From positions 1-57,330 of the forward strand of contig CAZHPY010000001.1 of the NCBI GenBank assembly GCA_964534705.1: a stretch of DNA of 57,330 bases. The letters run 5' to 3'. The DNA comes from an uncultured Planctomycetia bacterium. Its GTDB lineage: Bacteria; Omnitrophota; Gorgyraeia; 2-01-FULL-45-10. Made by a program: the position numbers and the translations under genes. How positions within the stretch are numbered: the stretch's first letter is position 1; the number at the start of each line of letters is the position of its first letter. The notes under the pieces are model-generated. The model was not told the DNA's origin and ran no database searches. It worked only from the letters and a program-made list of their open reading frames with translations. This document shows, one piece after another, positions 44,181 through 53,833 of this stretch.

Positions 44181-45350
44181 GGGCAGATAGAGCTTAGAAT
44201 ATGTTATGAGGGAATTCAGGCCGCAAAGAAGAAGAAATGTAACATAATAGGCATTTGACACAAAATAAAGCCATCTATTTACCTTAAGATAGGTGATCCC
44301 CTTTATGATAAAATAAAGCACAAATGGCGCATAAAAAAGGGTTATCCTGCCCCCTGTGAACGGGTACTTCTTAAGGATCCCTAAGATAAACAGCTCGATA
44401 AAGATGACCAACCCTATGGAATCTATGTCCCAAACCTTGAATTTACTTCTCTTCAAGGCTTTAATTCCGCCTATAAACAGCGGTAATACAAATAAAGGTA
44501 TCAGGACAGAAGCAAATCTTATGAATATCTTCCCTTTGCCGAACCACAATGTCGTAAGTTTGCGCACACCTTCGCTTATAGAACTGATGAATGAGCCAAA
44601 AGAGCTTGTGCTTATGAAATAGTCGTCCCAATATGAGAACAGGGGTCCGGTAGAAAGCGTATGCCGCATATCAAAATAATAAACAAATGTCAAAAACACC
44701 AAAGATAATAACGTATATAGGCATAAGACCCCGGTTAACCTTGCATCCCTGCTTGAAATGAGGAAAAAATTATATATTACGATCCAGAAAAGAAAAAAAC
44801 TGCTGTAGGACACCAAAATAGTGAACGGTAAAACAAGGGTAAAAAAAATAAAACCCTTTGAGGGCGCCCTTGCCGTGAGCTCCCGCTGGTTTATAAAATA
44901 CAGGCAAAAAATACCTGCCACCAAAAGGTCCATGGAATAGTGTTTCAGCTCCGCTGCGTAATAACTGAAAGAATAGCTGCAGGCGATCGAAAGGACAGCA
45001 AGTAGCGCTCCCCACTTGTCCGCGATCTCTATGCTATACACCTTTAACCACACGAAAAACGCGAGGAACATGCTCAATAAAGGAAAAAGCCTTAGCGCAA
45101 GAGGGTCGTAAATGAATTGCTCCGCGAACTTGCTGATCGCCATGAGATACATACGAGGAAAGACCTGGCTATTACTGAGAGGGCCCAGGATCTCCGGGAC
45201 CTTAAGACCCTTTATATTCTCAAGAATAAAATTTTCATCGAGCCATAAAGGCCGGCAAGAAAAATAGTGCAAAAAACATAATGACAGGAAAAATACGGTA
45301 CAAAGGATAAGCAGGTATCTAGAACATCTCATGAATGACTCTCCATCCAT
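44178..45350 (-). CDS. Polytopic GT-C-fold-like membrane glycosyltransferase (PMT_2/ArnT-like)
   Basis: 390-aa hydrophobic ORF with an acidic first-loop motif, PLWLDENFILE. It is the tandem partner of the next gene. Confidence 0.5.
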   Translation of the reverse strand: MDGESFMRCSRYLLILCTVFFLSLCFLHYFSCRPLWLDENFILENIKGLKVPEILGPLSNSQVFPRMYLMAISKFAEQFIYDPLALRLFPLLSMFLAFFVWLKVYSIEIADKWGALLAVLSIACSYSFSYYAAELKHYSMDLLVAGIFCLYFINQRELTARAPSKGFIFFTLVLPFTILVSYSSFFLFWIVIYNFFLISSRDARLTGVLCLYTLLSLVFLTFVYYFDMRHTLSTGPLFSYWDDYFISTSSFGSFISSISEGVRKLTTLWFGKGKIFIRFASVLIPLFVLPLFIGGIKALKRSKFKVWDIDSIGLVIFIELFILGILKKYPFTGGRITLFYAPFVLYFIIKGITYLKVNRWLYFVSNAYYVTFLLLCGLNSLITYSKLYLP

Positions 45351-46479
45351 ATGCTGAAATTATCGCTATGAAAGGCATCATGGGAACGCGCAGCCTTTCC
45401 CCTACGCCCCACATCAGGGCGCCGATAGAGGTGATTATAAAATATACCGCTACTAACAGCATGAACCACAGATATATATTACGCTTTATCCTGAAGGCAC
45501 CCATCAGGAATCCAGACAACCAGAAGACCATCCATGGGTAGGAAAAAATAAAGCTGCCTACCTTAAGGCCTTCTGATTGGAAATATTTAAAATTGCCCGG
45601 CCTGGTCATAAGGGACATTAAACATCTGAACGACACATTAACATAATAAGGAAACGGTGCCATGTTTTTGGTATAAGAGTCCTTATTCCTTGCGTAACTT
45701 TTGAATAGGCCCTGAGTTGATAAATTATGCCTTCCCGCAGAAGAAAAAGCCGTGTCATTGTATTTGAAATAATTCCTGGCCTGCCATGCGCCAAGAAGCG
45801 AATATACAACAACCCCAAAGACCATTGCGTGAATAATGTATTTCTTAAGTTCGCCTTTTTTGCTCATACATAAAATAAATAAGATAAGCGCGAGCCCCAG
45901 ATAATAGCTTACCGGCCTTACATATGTTGCTGCAGCCGCCAGTAATGCTGAAAATATAATATATTTGATCCTCCTATGCTTCAAATATAACGTAAAGCTG
46001 AGCATAAAAAGAGATATTAAAAGAAGGAAGAGCGTTTCCGTTAAAATTGTTAATGAAAATATGGTGATCGGGGGATCGAACAGTATTATGACAACGCTTA
46101 ATAATGCTATCCCCCGGTCTATTTCCAAAGCGGTCCTGTATACAATAAAGGCAGTTAAAATGGTCATTATTATCTGGAGGAATACGATGCCGTCGAGAGG
46201 GATCTTTAATATTTCTTTAAAAAATGCAAGGAATAACGGATAGCCGGGAGTCCTTAATATTTCATATGACAGTGCGCCACTCTTATCCTGCGTAGCGAAT
46301 GCGGCTTTAGATGCCAGCACGGACGCCGTCTTTAAATAAGTTTCGGAATCTGGCAGCATCTTGCCTTGCGGGGCGTGTATCGATACAAAAACGAACAGGG
46401 AGAGTTTGATTAATATGGCAAGGATAATTAAAGATACAATATATCCGGATCTTTTAGGGGCCCTATCGCAGGCTTTCAT
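45319..46479 (-). CDS. Polytopic GT-C-fold-like membrane glycosyltransferase (PMT_2/ArnT-like)
   Basis: 386-aa hydrophobic ORF with the first-loop motif LPDSETYLKTA and RTPGYPLFL, reminiscent of the ArnT/PMT_2 family. Confidence 0.55.
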   Translation of the reverse strand: MKACDRAPKRSGYIVSLIILAILIKLSLFVFVSIHAPQGKMLPDSETYLKTASVLASKAAFATQDKSGALSYEILRTPGYPLFLAFFKEILKIPLDGIVFLQIIMTILTAFIVYRTALEIDRGIALLSVVIILFDPPITIFSLTILTETLFLLLISLFMLSFTLYLKHRRIKYIIFSALLAAAATYVRPVSYYLGLALILFILCMSKKGELKKYIIHAMVFGVVVYSLLGAWQARNYFKYNDTAFSSAGRHNLSTQGLFKSYARNKDSYTKNMAPFPYYVNVSFRCLMSLMTRPGNFKYFQSEGLKVGSFIFSYPWMVFWLSGFLMGAFRIKRNIYLWFMLLVAVYFIITSIGALMWGVGERLRVPMMPFIAIISAYGWRVIHEMF

Positions 46480-47569
46480 TAATCTTTTCGACTATGAATT
46501 TTTGCTCCTCTGCGCCTAGCTCCGGATATAGCGGGATAGAGAAAGTCTGGGAAGCGGCTAATTCGGATACTTTAAGTTCGCCTTTCTTATATCCCAGGCC
46601 TTTATAACATTCCTGTAGGTGCAGCGGTACAGGATAATAGGTCCTGGCCTCGATACCCGCTTCATTCAGGGACCTTGAAAGCTTTTCCGGCCCCGGCTTG
46701 ACCCTCAGGGTATAAAGGTGATAGGTATGTGTATTATAAGAAGGCGCGGCCGGTATCGCCAGCGCCTTGTTATCCTGCAGATTATCATTATAGTACTGGC
46801 CGATCCTGCGCCGGCTTTCCAGCCACTTATCCAGATATTTTAGCTTAACCCTAAGCACAGCTGCCTGCAGAGCGTCAAGACGGGAATTCGTGCCTATCTC
46901 TGAGTGGATATACCTTATAGTACTACCGTGAACGCGCAGTGATCTTATTTTTTCTGCGATATCTTTATTATTTGTTATGACCATGCCCCCGTCACCAAAC
47001 CCGCCTAAATTCTTGCTCGGGAAAAAGCTCAAGCAGCCTGCTTCGCTCATGGAACCTGCCCGCCTACCCTTGTATGTGGCACCCATCGCCTGGGCGGCGT
47101 CTTCTATAACTTTAAGATTATTTATTTTTGCTATTTCCGATATACGATCCATGTCCGCGCACTGGCCGAACAAATGGACCGGTATGATCGCCTTTGTATT
47201 TTTGGTTATCTTATCCTCTATCAATTCCGGTTCCATGCAATATGTCTGTGGATCGATATCCACAAATACCGGCTTTGCGCCTACTATAGAAACGGCTTCT
47301 GCTGTCGCAAAAAATGTAAAGGGTGTGGTTATGACCTCATCCCCTTCTCCTATACCAAGAGCTTTTAGCGAGAGTATCAGCGCATCTGTGCCTGACGCAA
47401 CCCCGACGGCGTATTTTGTGCCGCAATATCCGGCAACTTCATTCTCAAGACTCTCGACTTCCGGGCCTAGTATAAAATGCTGGCTTTCAACAACCTTTTT
47501 GATCGCTGCGTCGATCTCTTTTTTGATACTTTTATACTGCGCGGTCAGGTCTAAAATAGGTATTTTCAT
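46463..47569 (-). CDS. DegT/DnrJ/EryC1/StrS-family PLP-dependent sugar aminotransferase (WbpE/WlbC- or ArnB-like)
   Basis: 368-aa ORF with IPILDLTAQYKSIKKEID, GTDAL and SFFPSKNLGGFGDGG (the PLP-Lys region). Confidence 0.9.
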   Translation of the reverse strand: MKIPILDLTAQYKSIKKEIDAAIKKVVESQHFILGPEVESLENEVAGYCGTKYAVGVASGTDALILSLKALGIGEGDEVITTPFTFFATAEAVSIVGAKPVFVDIDPQTYCMEPELIEDKITKNTKAIIPVHLFGQCADMDRISEIAKINNLKVIEDAAQAMGATYKGRRAGSMSEAGCLSFFPSKNLGGFGDGGMVITNNKDIAEKIRSLRVHGSTIRYIHSEIGTNSRLDALQAAVLRVKLKYLDKWLESRRRIGQYYNDNLQDNKALAIPAAPSYNTHTYHLYTLRVKPGPEKLSRSLNEAGIEARTYYPVPLHLQECYKGLGYKKGELKVSELAASQTFSIPLYPELGAEEQKFIVEKINESLR

Positions 47570-47575
47570 TTAAAT

Positions 47576-48508
47576 TCAAGCTCCTTCAAAATAATTTATG
47601 GTCCTGGCAAGGCCTTCTTCCAACCCTACCTTTGGCTGCCATTTTAAAAGCTTTTTAGCCTTCGTTATATCGGGCCGGCGGACTTTCGGATCATCGATGG
47701 GAAGCGGCTTAAATACTATCCTTCTCCCGCTCCCTGTCAATTTGATAATTGTCCTGGCAAGCGCCAATAAAGTCATTTCATTGGGATTGCCTATATTCAC
47801 GGGGCCATGCTCCCGGGACATTAACAATCTGTATATGCCATCAGCAAGGTCTGAAACATAACAGAAACTGCGCGTTTGGGATCCATTACCATATACCGTG
47901 ATCGGCCGGTCATATAAAGCCTGGTTTATAAAGTTAGGGATCGCCCTGCCATCCTCTTTTCTCATCCTCTCGCCGTATGTATTGAATATACGCACTATCT
48001 TCGTATCTACATTATGGAACCGATGATACGCCATAGTAATGGCTTCCGCGAATCTTTTCGCCTCATCATATACACCGCGCGGGCCTATGGGATTTACGTT
48101 ACCCCAATAGCTTTCCGGCTGGGGGTTTATAAGCGGATCGCCGTAAACTTCGCTGGTAGACGCTAACAGGAATTTTGCCTTTTTGGCCTTTGCTACGCCT
48201 AAAGCATTATGAGTACCGAGCGAACCTACTTTCAAGGTCTGTATGGGGTATTTTAAGTAATCTATGGGGCTGGCGGGTGACGCAAAGTGCAGAACATAAT
48301 GGACCGATCCTTTAACGTCTATATACTTTGAAACATTGTGCCTTGTAAACTTGAAATCTTTCTCTTTTAACAAATGGGAAATATTGGACATCTTTCCCGT
48401 TATCAGATTATCCAGACAAATAACTTTATAACCTTTTGCGAGAAACAATTCGCATAGATGAGAACCGATAAATCCCGCACCGCCTGTGATCAATACAGTT
48501 TTTCTCAT
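47576..48508 (-). CDS. uxs: UDP-glucuronate decarboxylase (UDP-xylose synthase type SDR)
   Basis: 310-aa ORF with [46 protein letters not shown] and [14 protein letters not shown]. Confidence 0.85.
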   Translation of the reverse strand: MRKTVLITGGAGFIGSHLCELFLAKGYKVICLDNLITGKMSNISHLLKEKDFKFTRHNVSKYIDVKGSVHYVLHFASPASPIDYLKYPIQTLKVGSLGTHNALGVAKAKKAKFLLASTSEVYGDPLINPQPESYWGNVNPIGPRGVYDEAKRFAEAITMAYHRFHNVDTKIVRIFNTYGERMRKEDGRAIPNFINQALYDRPITVYGNGSQTRSFCYVSDLADGIYRLLMSREHGPVNIGNPNEMTLLALARTIIKLTGSGRRIVFKPLPIDDPKVRRPDITKAKKLLKWQPKVGLEEGLARTINYFEGA

Positions 48509-49437
48509 TTATTCTTGAACCAATCTATAGTGTACTTGAGCCCTTCTTCAAAGCCGACGATTTTCGTTAAGCCCAGGATATTTTTCATCTTACTTATATC
48601 GGCATAGCTCTTTCTGACGTCGCCGGGCCTTTTTGGGCCATATACCGGCTTAAGTTTTAACCCTAATATCTTATTTGTTTCCCTTATTATGTCCAATATG
48701 GAAGTTGTCGATCCGCATGCAATATTAAATGTCTCTCCCGATATTTTTGGAACAATGCATGCCCTCAGGTTCGCCTCTACCACATTGGCAACATAGGTAA
48801 AGTCCCTAGACTGTTTCCCGTCCCACTCCGCTATAGGAGGTTCGTTTTTGAGCATCCTGACAAGGATAGCGGGGATCGCTGCCGAATATTTGCTTTCAGG
48901 ATTTTGCCTGGGCCCGAACACATTAAAATACCTAAGGCTTACCGTTTCAAGGCCGAATGTCTTCGCGAATGTTATGCAATAATGCTCTGCTGCTAATTTC
49001 GCGACGCCGTAGGGTGAGATCGGCACCGGAAGATCCGTTTCTTTCTGGGGGAATTTTTTAGCATTGCCATAAGCCGAGCTTGAGGACGCATATACCAACC
49101 TTTTGACTCCGGCTTCTTTTGCGGCTACCAGAAGATTCAATGTACCAAAAACATTTGTATCATTTGTCGCCAACGGGTCCTCTACCGATTTTGCCACTGA
49201 ACGAAGGGCTGCCTGGTGTATAACAAAATCTACTCCCTTCACAGCCTTGGCAATAGCGTTCTTATCTCTTATATCGCCCTCTATCAGGCTGATCTTATTC
49301 TTAAAAGGTATCAAATTTTCGCGCTTACCAGTAATAAAATTATCCAGGACACGCACCTTTTTACCGCGCTTTACAAGCTCTTCCACGATATTGGACCCTA
49401 TAAAACCTGCCCCGCCTGTTACAAGATATATAGCCAT
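48505..49437 (-). CDS. NAD-dependent UDP-HexNAc(A) 4-epimerase (WbpP / TviC-like)
   Basis: 310-aa ORF with [46 protein letters not shown] and [13 protein letters not shown], which parallel WbpP-family blocks. Confidence 0.8.
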   Translation of the reverse strand: MAIYLVTGGAGFIGSNIVEELVKRGKKVRVLDNFITGKRENLIPFKNKISLIEGDIRDKNAIAKAVKGVDFVIHQAALRSVAKSVEDPLATNDTNVFGTLNLLVAAKEAGVKRLVYASSSSAYGNAKKFPQKETDLPVPISPYGVAKLAAEHYCITFAKTFGLETVSLRYFNVFGPRQNPESKYSAAIPAILVRMLKNEPPIAEWDGKQSRDFTYVANVVEANLRACIVPKISGETFNIACGSTTSILDIIRETNKILGLKLKPVYGPKRPGDVRKSYADISKMKNILGLTKIVGFEEGLKYTIDWFKNK

Positions 49438-49438
49438 T

Positions 49439-50743
49439 TTATATCCTCACAATATTTGACCTGCTCTTGACATCTTTCAACGCATTTCTGGTATCGATGA
49501 CTGATTTTGAATGTTCCGCCAGAAAGCCGTAATCCACGCTAGAGTGGTCTGTTACAACCACCGCACAATCAAAAGTTTTAAGCACGTTCCGGTTGAATTT
49601 CACGCATTTCAAGTTTATACCGTCTATTCTAAAGTAAGAAAAATAGGGGTCATAATACGCTACCTTTGCCCTGTAATGTTTTAATATATCAATTATCTCG
49701 AATACGGGCGATTCCCGCAGGTCCCTTACATCTTTTTTGTAGGCAATTCCACATATTAATATTTTCGCCCCATTCAACGCCTTACCGTTATTATTAAGAT
49801 TGTCTGCTATCTTTTCTACTACATAATGAGGCATCTTCCCGTTAACCTCTGAAGCTAAATTGATAAACCGGGTCTCAAAACCTTTTTCACGCGCCTTCCA
49901 TGACAGGTAAAGAGGGTCTATCGGTATGCAGTGCCCGCCAACGCCGGGGCCCGGGTAGAAAGGCATGAAGCCGTAAGGCTTCGTCTTTGCCGCTTCTATT
50001 ATTTCCCATATGTTCATTCCAAGCTTATCGCACATCAGGGTCAGCTCGTTTATAAGGCCCAGATTGACTATCCTGAAGGTATTTTCAAGCAGTTTTGTCA
50101 TTTCCGCCGCTTTGGGCGAAGAGACGGTCATGACCTTGTCTATTATTTCCCTGTATAACAACGCTGCTATTTCTGTGGATTTTCCGGTCACCCCTCCCAC
50201 AACCTTCGGTATGTTCGTGACAAAATATTTAGCATTACCGGGATCGATCCTTTCCGGTGAAAAAGCAAGATAAAAATCTTTTCCTTCCTTAAAACCCGTT
50301 GATTCAAGTATCGGCAGCATGATCTCTTCGGTAGTACCCGGATAAGTAGTCGATTCAAGCACGATAACCTGGCCTGTCTTCATGTGTTGTTTTATCATTT
50401 CCGTGGCAGATACTATAAACGATACGTCAGGCTCCTTTGTCTTTAAAAGCGGCGTGGGAACGCATACGATAAAAGCGTCCAATTTTTTTATTTTACTTAT
50501 ATCCGTAGTGACAACAAGGGAATTATTATCCTGTAAAGCCACTATCTCGGCGGGTTTCAGGTCCAGGATATACGATTGGCCTTTTTTCAGTCTTGCGACA
50601 CGGTTCTTATCTACATCTATGCCCCATACCTTAAATCCTTTTTTCGCAAACGCAATGGCAAGAGGTAATCCTACGTACCCTAAACCTATGACTCCTATCC
50701 TGGCCTTCTTATTTAAGATCTTATTCTTCAAGCTATCGAACAT
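49439..50743 (-). CDS. UDP-N-acetyl-hexosamine 6-dehydrogenase (WbpO / TviB / WbpA / WecC family)
   Basis: Contains RIGVIGLGYVGLPLAIAFAKKG and GVGGHCIPIDP. I set the start at MFDSLKNK (50743), just downstream of the rfbD stop. The track ORF extends to 50794. Confidence 0.85.
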   Translation of the reverse strand: MFDSLKNKILNKKARIGVIGLGYVGLPLAIAFAKKGFKVWGIDVDKNRVARLKKGQSYILDLKPAEIVALQDNNSLVVTTDISKIKKLDAFIVCVPTPLLKTKEPDVSFIVSATEMIKQHMKTGQVIVLESTTYPGTTEEIMLPILESTGFKEGKDFYLAFSPERIDPGNAKYFVTNIPKVVGGVTGKSTEIAALLYREIIDKVMTVSSPKAAEMTKLLENTFRIVNLGLINELTLMCDKLGMNIWEIIEAAKTKPYGFMPFYPGPGVGGHCIPIDPLYLSWKAREKGFETRFINLASEVNGKMPHYVVEKIADNLNNNGKALNGAKILICGIAYKKDVRDLRESPVFEIIDILKHYRAKVAYYDPYFSYFRIDGINLKCVKFNRNVLKTFDCAVVVTDHSSVDYGFLAEHSKSVIDTRNALKDVKSRSNIVRI

Positions 50744-51677
50744 AACTTTTAAGCGCCCCCTTCCAATTACACATCCTATAACCTGTAAATTCAATAAATT
50801 TGGAATTATCCAAAACTGACATTGCAGGCCGTTCTGCCGGCCTGTTTAATTCCTTGCTTGAAATAGGAAAGACCCTCGTCTTTATATCGGCTAACTTTAA
50901 TATTTCCTTCGCATAAGCAAACCACGAAACGGCTCCAGAATTCGTTACATGATATATTCCGTACTGCGCGTCCTTGCATTTTCCTGCTTTTGACACTTTG
51001 ACGCTTTGACACTTTGACACTCTATCTATTAACACATGGATCGCCTTTGCCAGATCCTTCGTATACGTCGGAGAGCCGATCTGGTCATCTACTACTCTCA
51101 ACGTATTTCCTTCCCTGCCTTTCGCGATGATCGTATCTACAAAATTCTTTCCGTATTTTCCATAAAGCCAGCTTGTGCGAAGGATAAAATAATTCTTAAG
51201 GATGTTTTTTACCGCCTCTTCCCCTTTTAACTTTGAATCTCCATATACGCTAAGAGGCGCCGGCTTACCATTTTCTCTGTACGGCTTTCTCTTTTTTCCG
51301 TTAAAAACAAAATCAGTGCTTATATAGACCAATAAAGCTGCTGCTTTCCTGCAAGCCAATGCTACGTTCCTTGTACCGTTACTATTTACCTTGTATGCTT
51401 TCTTCGGATCACGCTCACAGCCGTCAACATCGGTATATGCCGCCGTGTGTATCACAACATCCGGTTTTATTTTGCTAATAACGTCGATAGTATCTTTCCT
51501 GTCCGTAATATCAACCTTATAGGATCTGTTGACTGTGGACCGTTGACCGTGGACTAAATCCGCCCCTATCACGTCATATTTCCCGCGCAATTCCTGCCAA
51601 AGATCAATGCCAAGCATGCCGCTTGACCCAATAATCAGTATTTTATCTCGTTTTGGCATTTGGCTAATTTCTGCCAC
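50733..51677 (-). CDS. rfbD: dTDP-4-dehydrorhamnose reductase (RmlD / SpsK-like)
   Basis: 314-aa ORF with ILIIGSSGMLG, HTAAYTDVDGCE, YGDSKLKGE and GSPTYTKDLA. It contains an extra loop encoded by an 8-bp tandem repeat. Confidence 0.9.
   Translation of the reverse strand: MAEISQMPKRDKILIIGSSGMLGIDLWQELRGKYDVIGADLVHGQRSTVNRSYKVDITDRKDTIDVISKIKPDVVIHTAAYTDVDGCERDPKKAYKVNSNGTRNVALACRKAAALLVYISTDFVFNGKKRKPYRENGKPAPLSVYGDSKLKGEEAVKNILKNYFILRTSWLYGKYGKNFVDTIIAKGREGNTLRVVDDQIGSPTYTKDLAKAIHVLIDRVSKCQSVKVSKAGKCKDAQYGIYHVTNSGAVSWFAYAKEILKLADIKTRVFPISSKELNRPAERPAMSVLDNSKFIEFTGYRMCNWKGALKSYVR
50992..51023. repeat. Four tandem 8-bp units GACACTTT / GACGCTTT / GACACTTT / GACACTCT inside rfbD
   Basis: Read directly from the plus strand. 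On the coding strand it encodes RVSKCQSVKVSK within a loop of the reductase. Confidence 0.9.
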
Positions 51678-52633
51678 CAGGCATTATTATTTTTGTACCA
51701 TTCTATGGTAAGTTCAAGGGCATATTTAAAATCATGCCTTAGGCGCCATCCTAATCCTTTAAGCTTTGCAATATCAAGCGCGTATCTTTTATCGTGGCCC
51801 GGCCTGTCCTTCACATACTCTATCATGCTGTCATCTTTACCCAGAAGGGCCAGTATAGCTTTTGTAAGATCGATGTTCTTTGTTTCGCATCCGGCGCCTA
51901 TATTATAGATCTCTCCCGGCTCACCTTTATGGATAACAAGATCTATCGCCTCGCAATTATCAACAACGTATAACCAGTCCCGCATGTTCATCCCGTCTGC
52001 GTAAACAGGGACCTTTTTATCCTGTAAAAGATTTGTTATAAATAGCGGTATGACCTTCTCAGGGTACTGGTAAGGCCCGAAATTATTTGAACTTCTTGTG
52101 ATGATAACCGGGACTTTATATGTGATAAAATAAGACCTGGCCAGCAGGTCGCCGCTCGCCTTACTGGCCGAATAAGGGCTGTTAGGCATTAGCGGATCGC
52201 CTTCTTTGGAATAGCCTTGCGGGACACTGCCATAAACTTCATCCGTACTTATCTGGATATATAATTTTGTCCCAAACTTTTTTGCCGCTTCTAGCAATGT
52301 ATAAGTGCCGAAGACGTTTGTTTTTACGAATATCGACGGGTCCTTTATGGACCTGTCAACGTGTGTCTCCGCGGCAAAGTTGACTATGACATCGCAATCT
52401 TTAACTATCTTCTCAACTGTTTTTGCGTCTGTAATATCGCCTTTTATGAACTTATACCGCTTGTTCTTCTCAATGTCGGCCAGATTCCCCAGGTTCCCGC
52501 AATAGGTGAGGCTGTCCAGATTGATGATATGATAATCTTCGTATTTAGTAAGGATATGCCTGATAAAATTAGAACCTATAAAACCGGCTCCACCGGTAAC
52601 CAGCATCTTCAGGCCTTTATTTATTATCTGCAT
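51635..52633 (-). CDS. rfbB: dTDP-glucose 4,6-dehydratase (RmlB / SpsJ-like)
   Basis: 332-aa ORF with [21 protein letters not shown] and SPYSASKASGDLL. Confidence 0.92.
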   Translation of the reverse strand: MQIINKGLKMLVTGGAGFIGSNFIRHILTKYEDYHIINLDSLTYCGNLGNLADIEKNKRYKFIKGDITDAKTVEKIVKDCDVIVNFAAETHVDRSIKDPSIFVKTNVFGTYTLLEAAKKFGTKLYIQISTDEVYGSVPQGYSKEGDPLMPNSPYSASKASGDLLARSYFITYKVPVIITRSSNNFGPYQYPEKVIPLFITNLLQDKKVPVYADGMNMRDWLYVVDNCEAIDLVIHKGEPGEIYNIGAGCETKNIDLTKAILALLGKDDSMIEYVKDRPGHDKRYALDIAKLKGLGWRLRHDFKYALELTIEWYKNNNAWWQKLAKCQNEIKY

Positions 52634-53382
52634 ATCTTTTCCTTGATCTTTAGGTTGCCTCTTTCCCTCCTGGCTACAAGAAGGTTTGCCCTCAACAGAG
52701 AATCAAATGTGCCTGAATCCGTCCACCAGCCGTCTAAGATCCCGTATGAAAGCTCTCCGCGCTTCAAATAGACGTTGTTTACGTCTGTGATCTCAAGCTC
52801 TCCCCTTTTTGACGGTTTAAGCTTCTTCGCGATATTGAATACGTCTGGATCATACATATAGACGCCCGTTACGGCATAATCGGACTTTGGCTTTTTAGGC
52901 TTCTCTTCGATCGATACTATCCTGTCTCCTTTAAGCTCAGCTACTCCGAACCGCTCGGGATCCTCGACCTTCTTTATGAGGACCTTTGCCCCCTTCTGCT
53001 GTTTCCTGAAATCATCCACTACGCCTTTGATGCTCTTCTCGATTATATTATCGCCCAGAATTACGACGGTCTTATCGCCGGCTGCGAAATCTTCTGCCAG
53101 CCTTAATGCCTCTGCTATGCCGCCTTCCCCTTCCTGGTAAGTATAATGGATATGTTTTAATCCGAATTCTTTTCCGTTCCCCAAAAGGCGCAAAAATTCC
53201 CCGGCGTGATTTCCTCCCGTAACAAGAAGTATCTCGCTTATTCCGCATTCAACAAGCGTTTGAAGCGGATAATATATCATCGGCTTGTTATATATGGGCA
53301 ATAAATGCTTGTTCGTTATTTTGGTCAGGGGGTTGAGCCGTTTACCAAGGCCTCCGGCAAGTATAACGCCTTTTAGTTCCAT
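52624..53382 (-). CDS. rfbA: Glucose-1-phosphate thymidylyltransferase, short SpsI-like form
   Basis: 252-aa ORF with GVILAGGLGKRLNPLTKITNKHLLPIYNKPMIYYPL and VILGDNI. Confidence 0.85.
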   Translation of the reverse strand: MELKGVILAGGLGKRLNPLTKITNKHLLPIYNKPMIYYPLQTLVECGISEILLVTGGNHAGEFLRLLGNGKEFGLKHIHYTYQEGEGGIAEALRLAEDFAAGDKTVVILGDNIIEKSIKGVVDDFRKQQKGAKVLIKKVEDPERFGVAELKGDRIVSIEEKPKKPKSDYAVTGVYMYDPDVFNIAKKLKPSKRGELEITDVNNVYLKRGELSYGILDGWWTDSGTFDSLLRANLLVARRERGNLKIKEKICR

Positions 53383-53385
53383 ATC

Positions 53386-53832
53386 TTACTTCCTCCAATC
53401 ATAGTCGATATCATTATCATATGCATCCAGCCTGAACTCATCAGGTTTTTTGTAATTATAAGGGAGTGTGGGCGTATTAATGACTATAGATTCATGGCCA
53501 GCGATACCTTTGAACCCGTGATACACCTTTTTAGGTATCGTGACCAGTATAGGGTCGTCGGTAGAAAGCATAAATTCGTTGACCTCTTTATAAGTCGGGG
53601 ATTTTACCCTGGGATCATACAACGCGAGCCTGATCTTGCCGCTGACGCACGTAAAATTATCATCCTGCTTTTCATGATAATGCCATGCCTTAACTACGCC
53701 CGGATAGGCAGTGGTCATATATACCTGGCCGAACTTTTTAAATACTTCGTCGTCGCAGCGCAGTATCTCCATAAGGTGGCCGCGTTTATCCGGTATTATC
53801 TTAAGCTTTTTAACTTTGACCCCTTTTATCAT
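53386..53832 (-). CDS. rfbC: dTDP-4-dehydrorhamnose 3,5-epimerase-like cupin (short SpsL-like form)
   Basis: MIKGVKVKKL...PDKRGHLMEI...PGVVKAWHYHEKQDDNF closely parallels Bacillus SpsL as I recall it. I set the start at the M that avoids overlap with ugd. The track ORF extends to 53856. Confidence 0.8.
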   Translation of the reverse strand: MIKGVKVKKLKIIPDKRGHLMEILRCDDEVFKKFGQVYMTTAYPGVVKAWHYHEKQDDNFTCVSGKIRLALYDPRVKSPTYKEVNEFMLSTDDPILVTIPKKVYHGFKGIAGHESIVINTPTLPYNYKKPDEFRLDAYDNDIDYDWRK

Positions 53833-53833
53833 C

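Noticed and set aside
46977-47573. 198-aa plus-strand ORF
   Set aside because: It lies antisense to the DegT aminotransferase gene. It is Ser/Pro/Ala-rich low-complexity sequence.
50806-51012. 68-aa minus-strand alternative-frame ORF spanning the 8-bp repeat
   Set aside because: It lies wholly inside rfbD in another frame. It would only matter if repeat slippage shifted the frame, and there is no evidence for independent expression.
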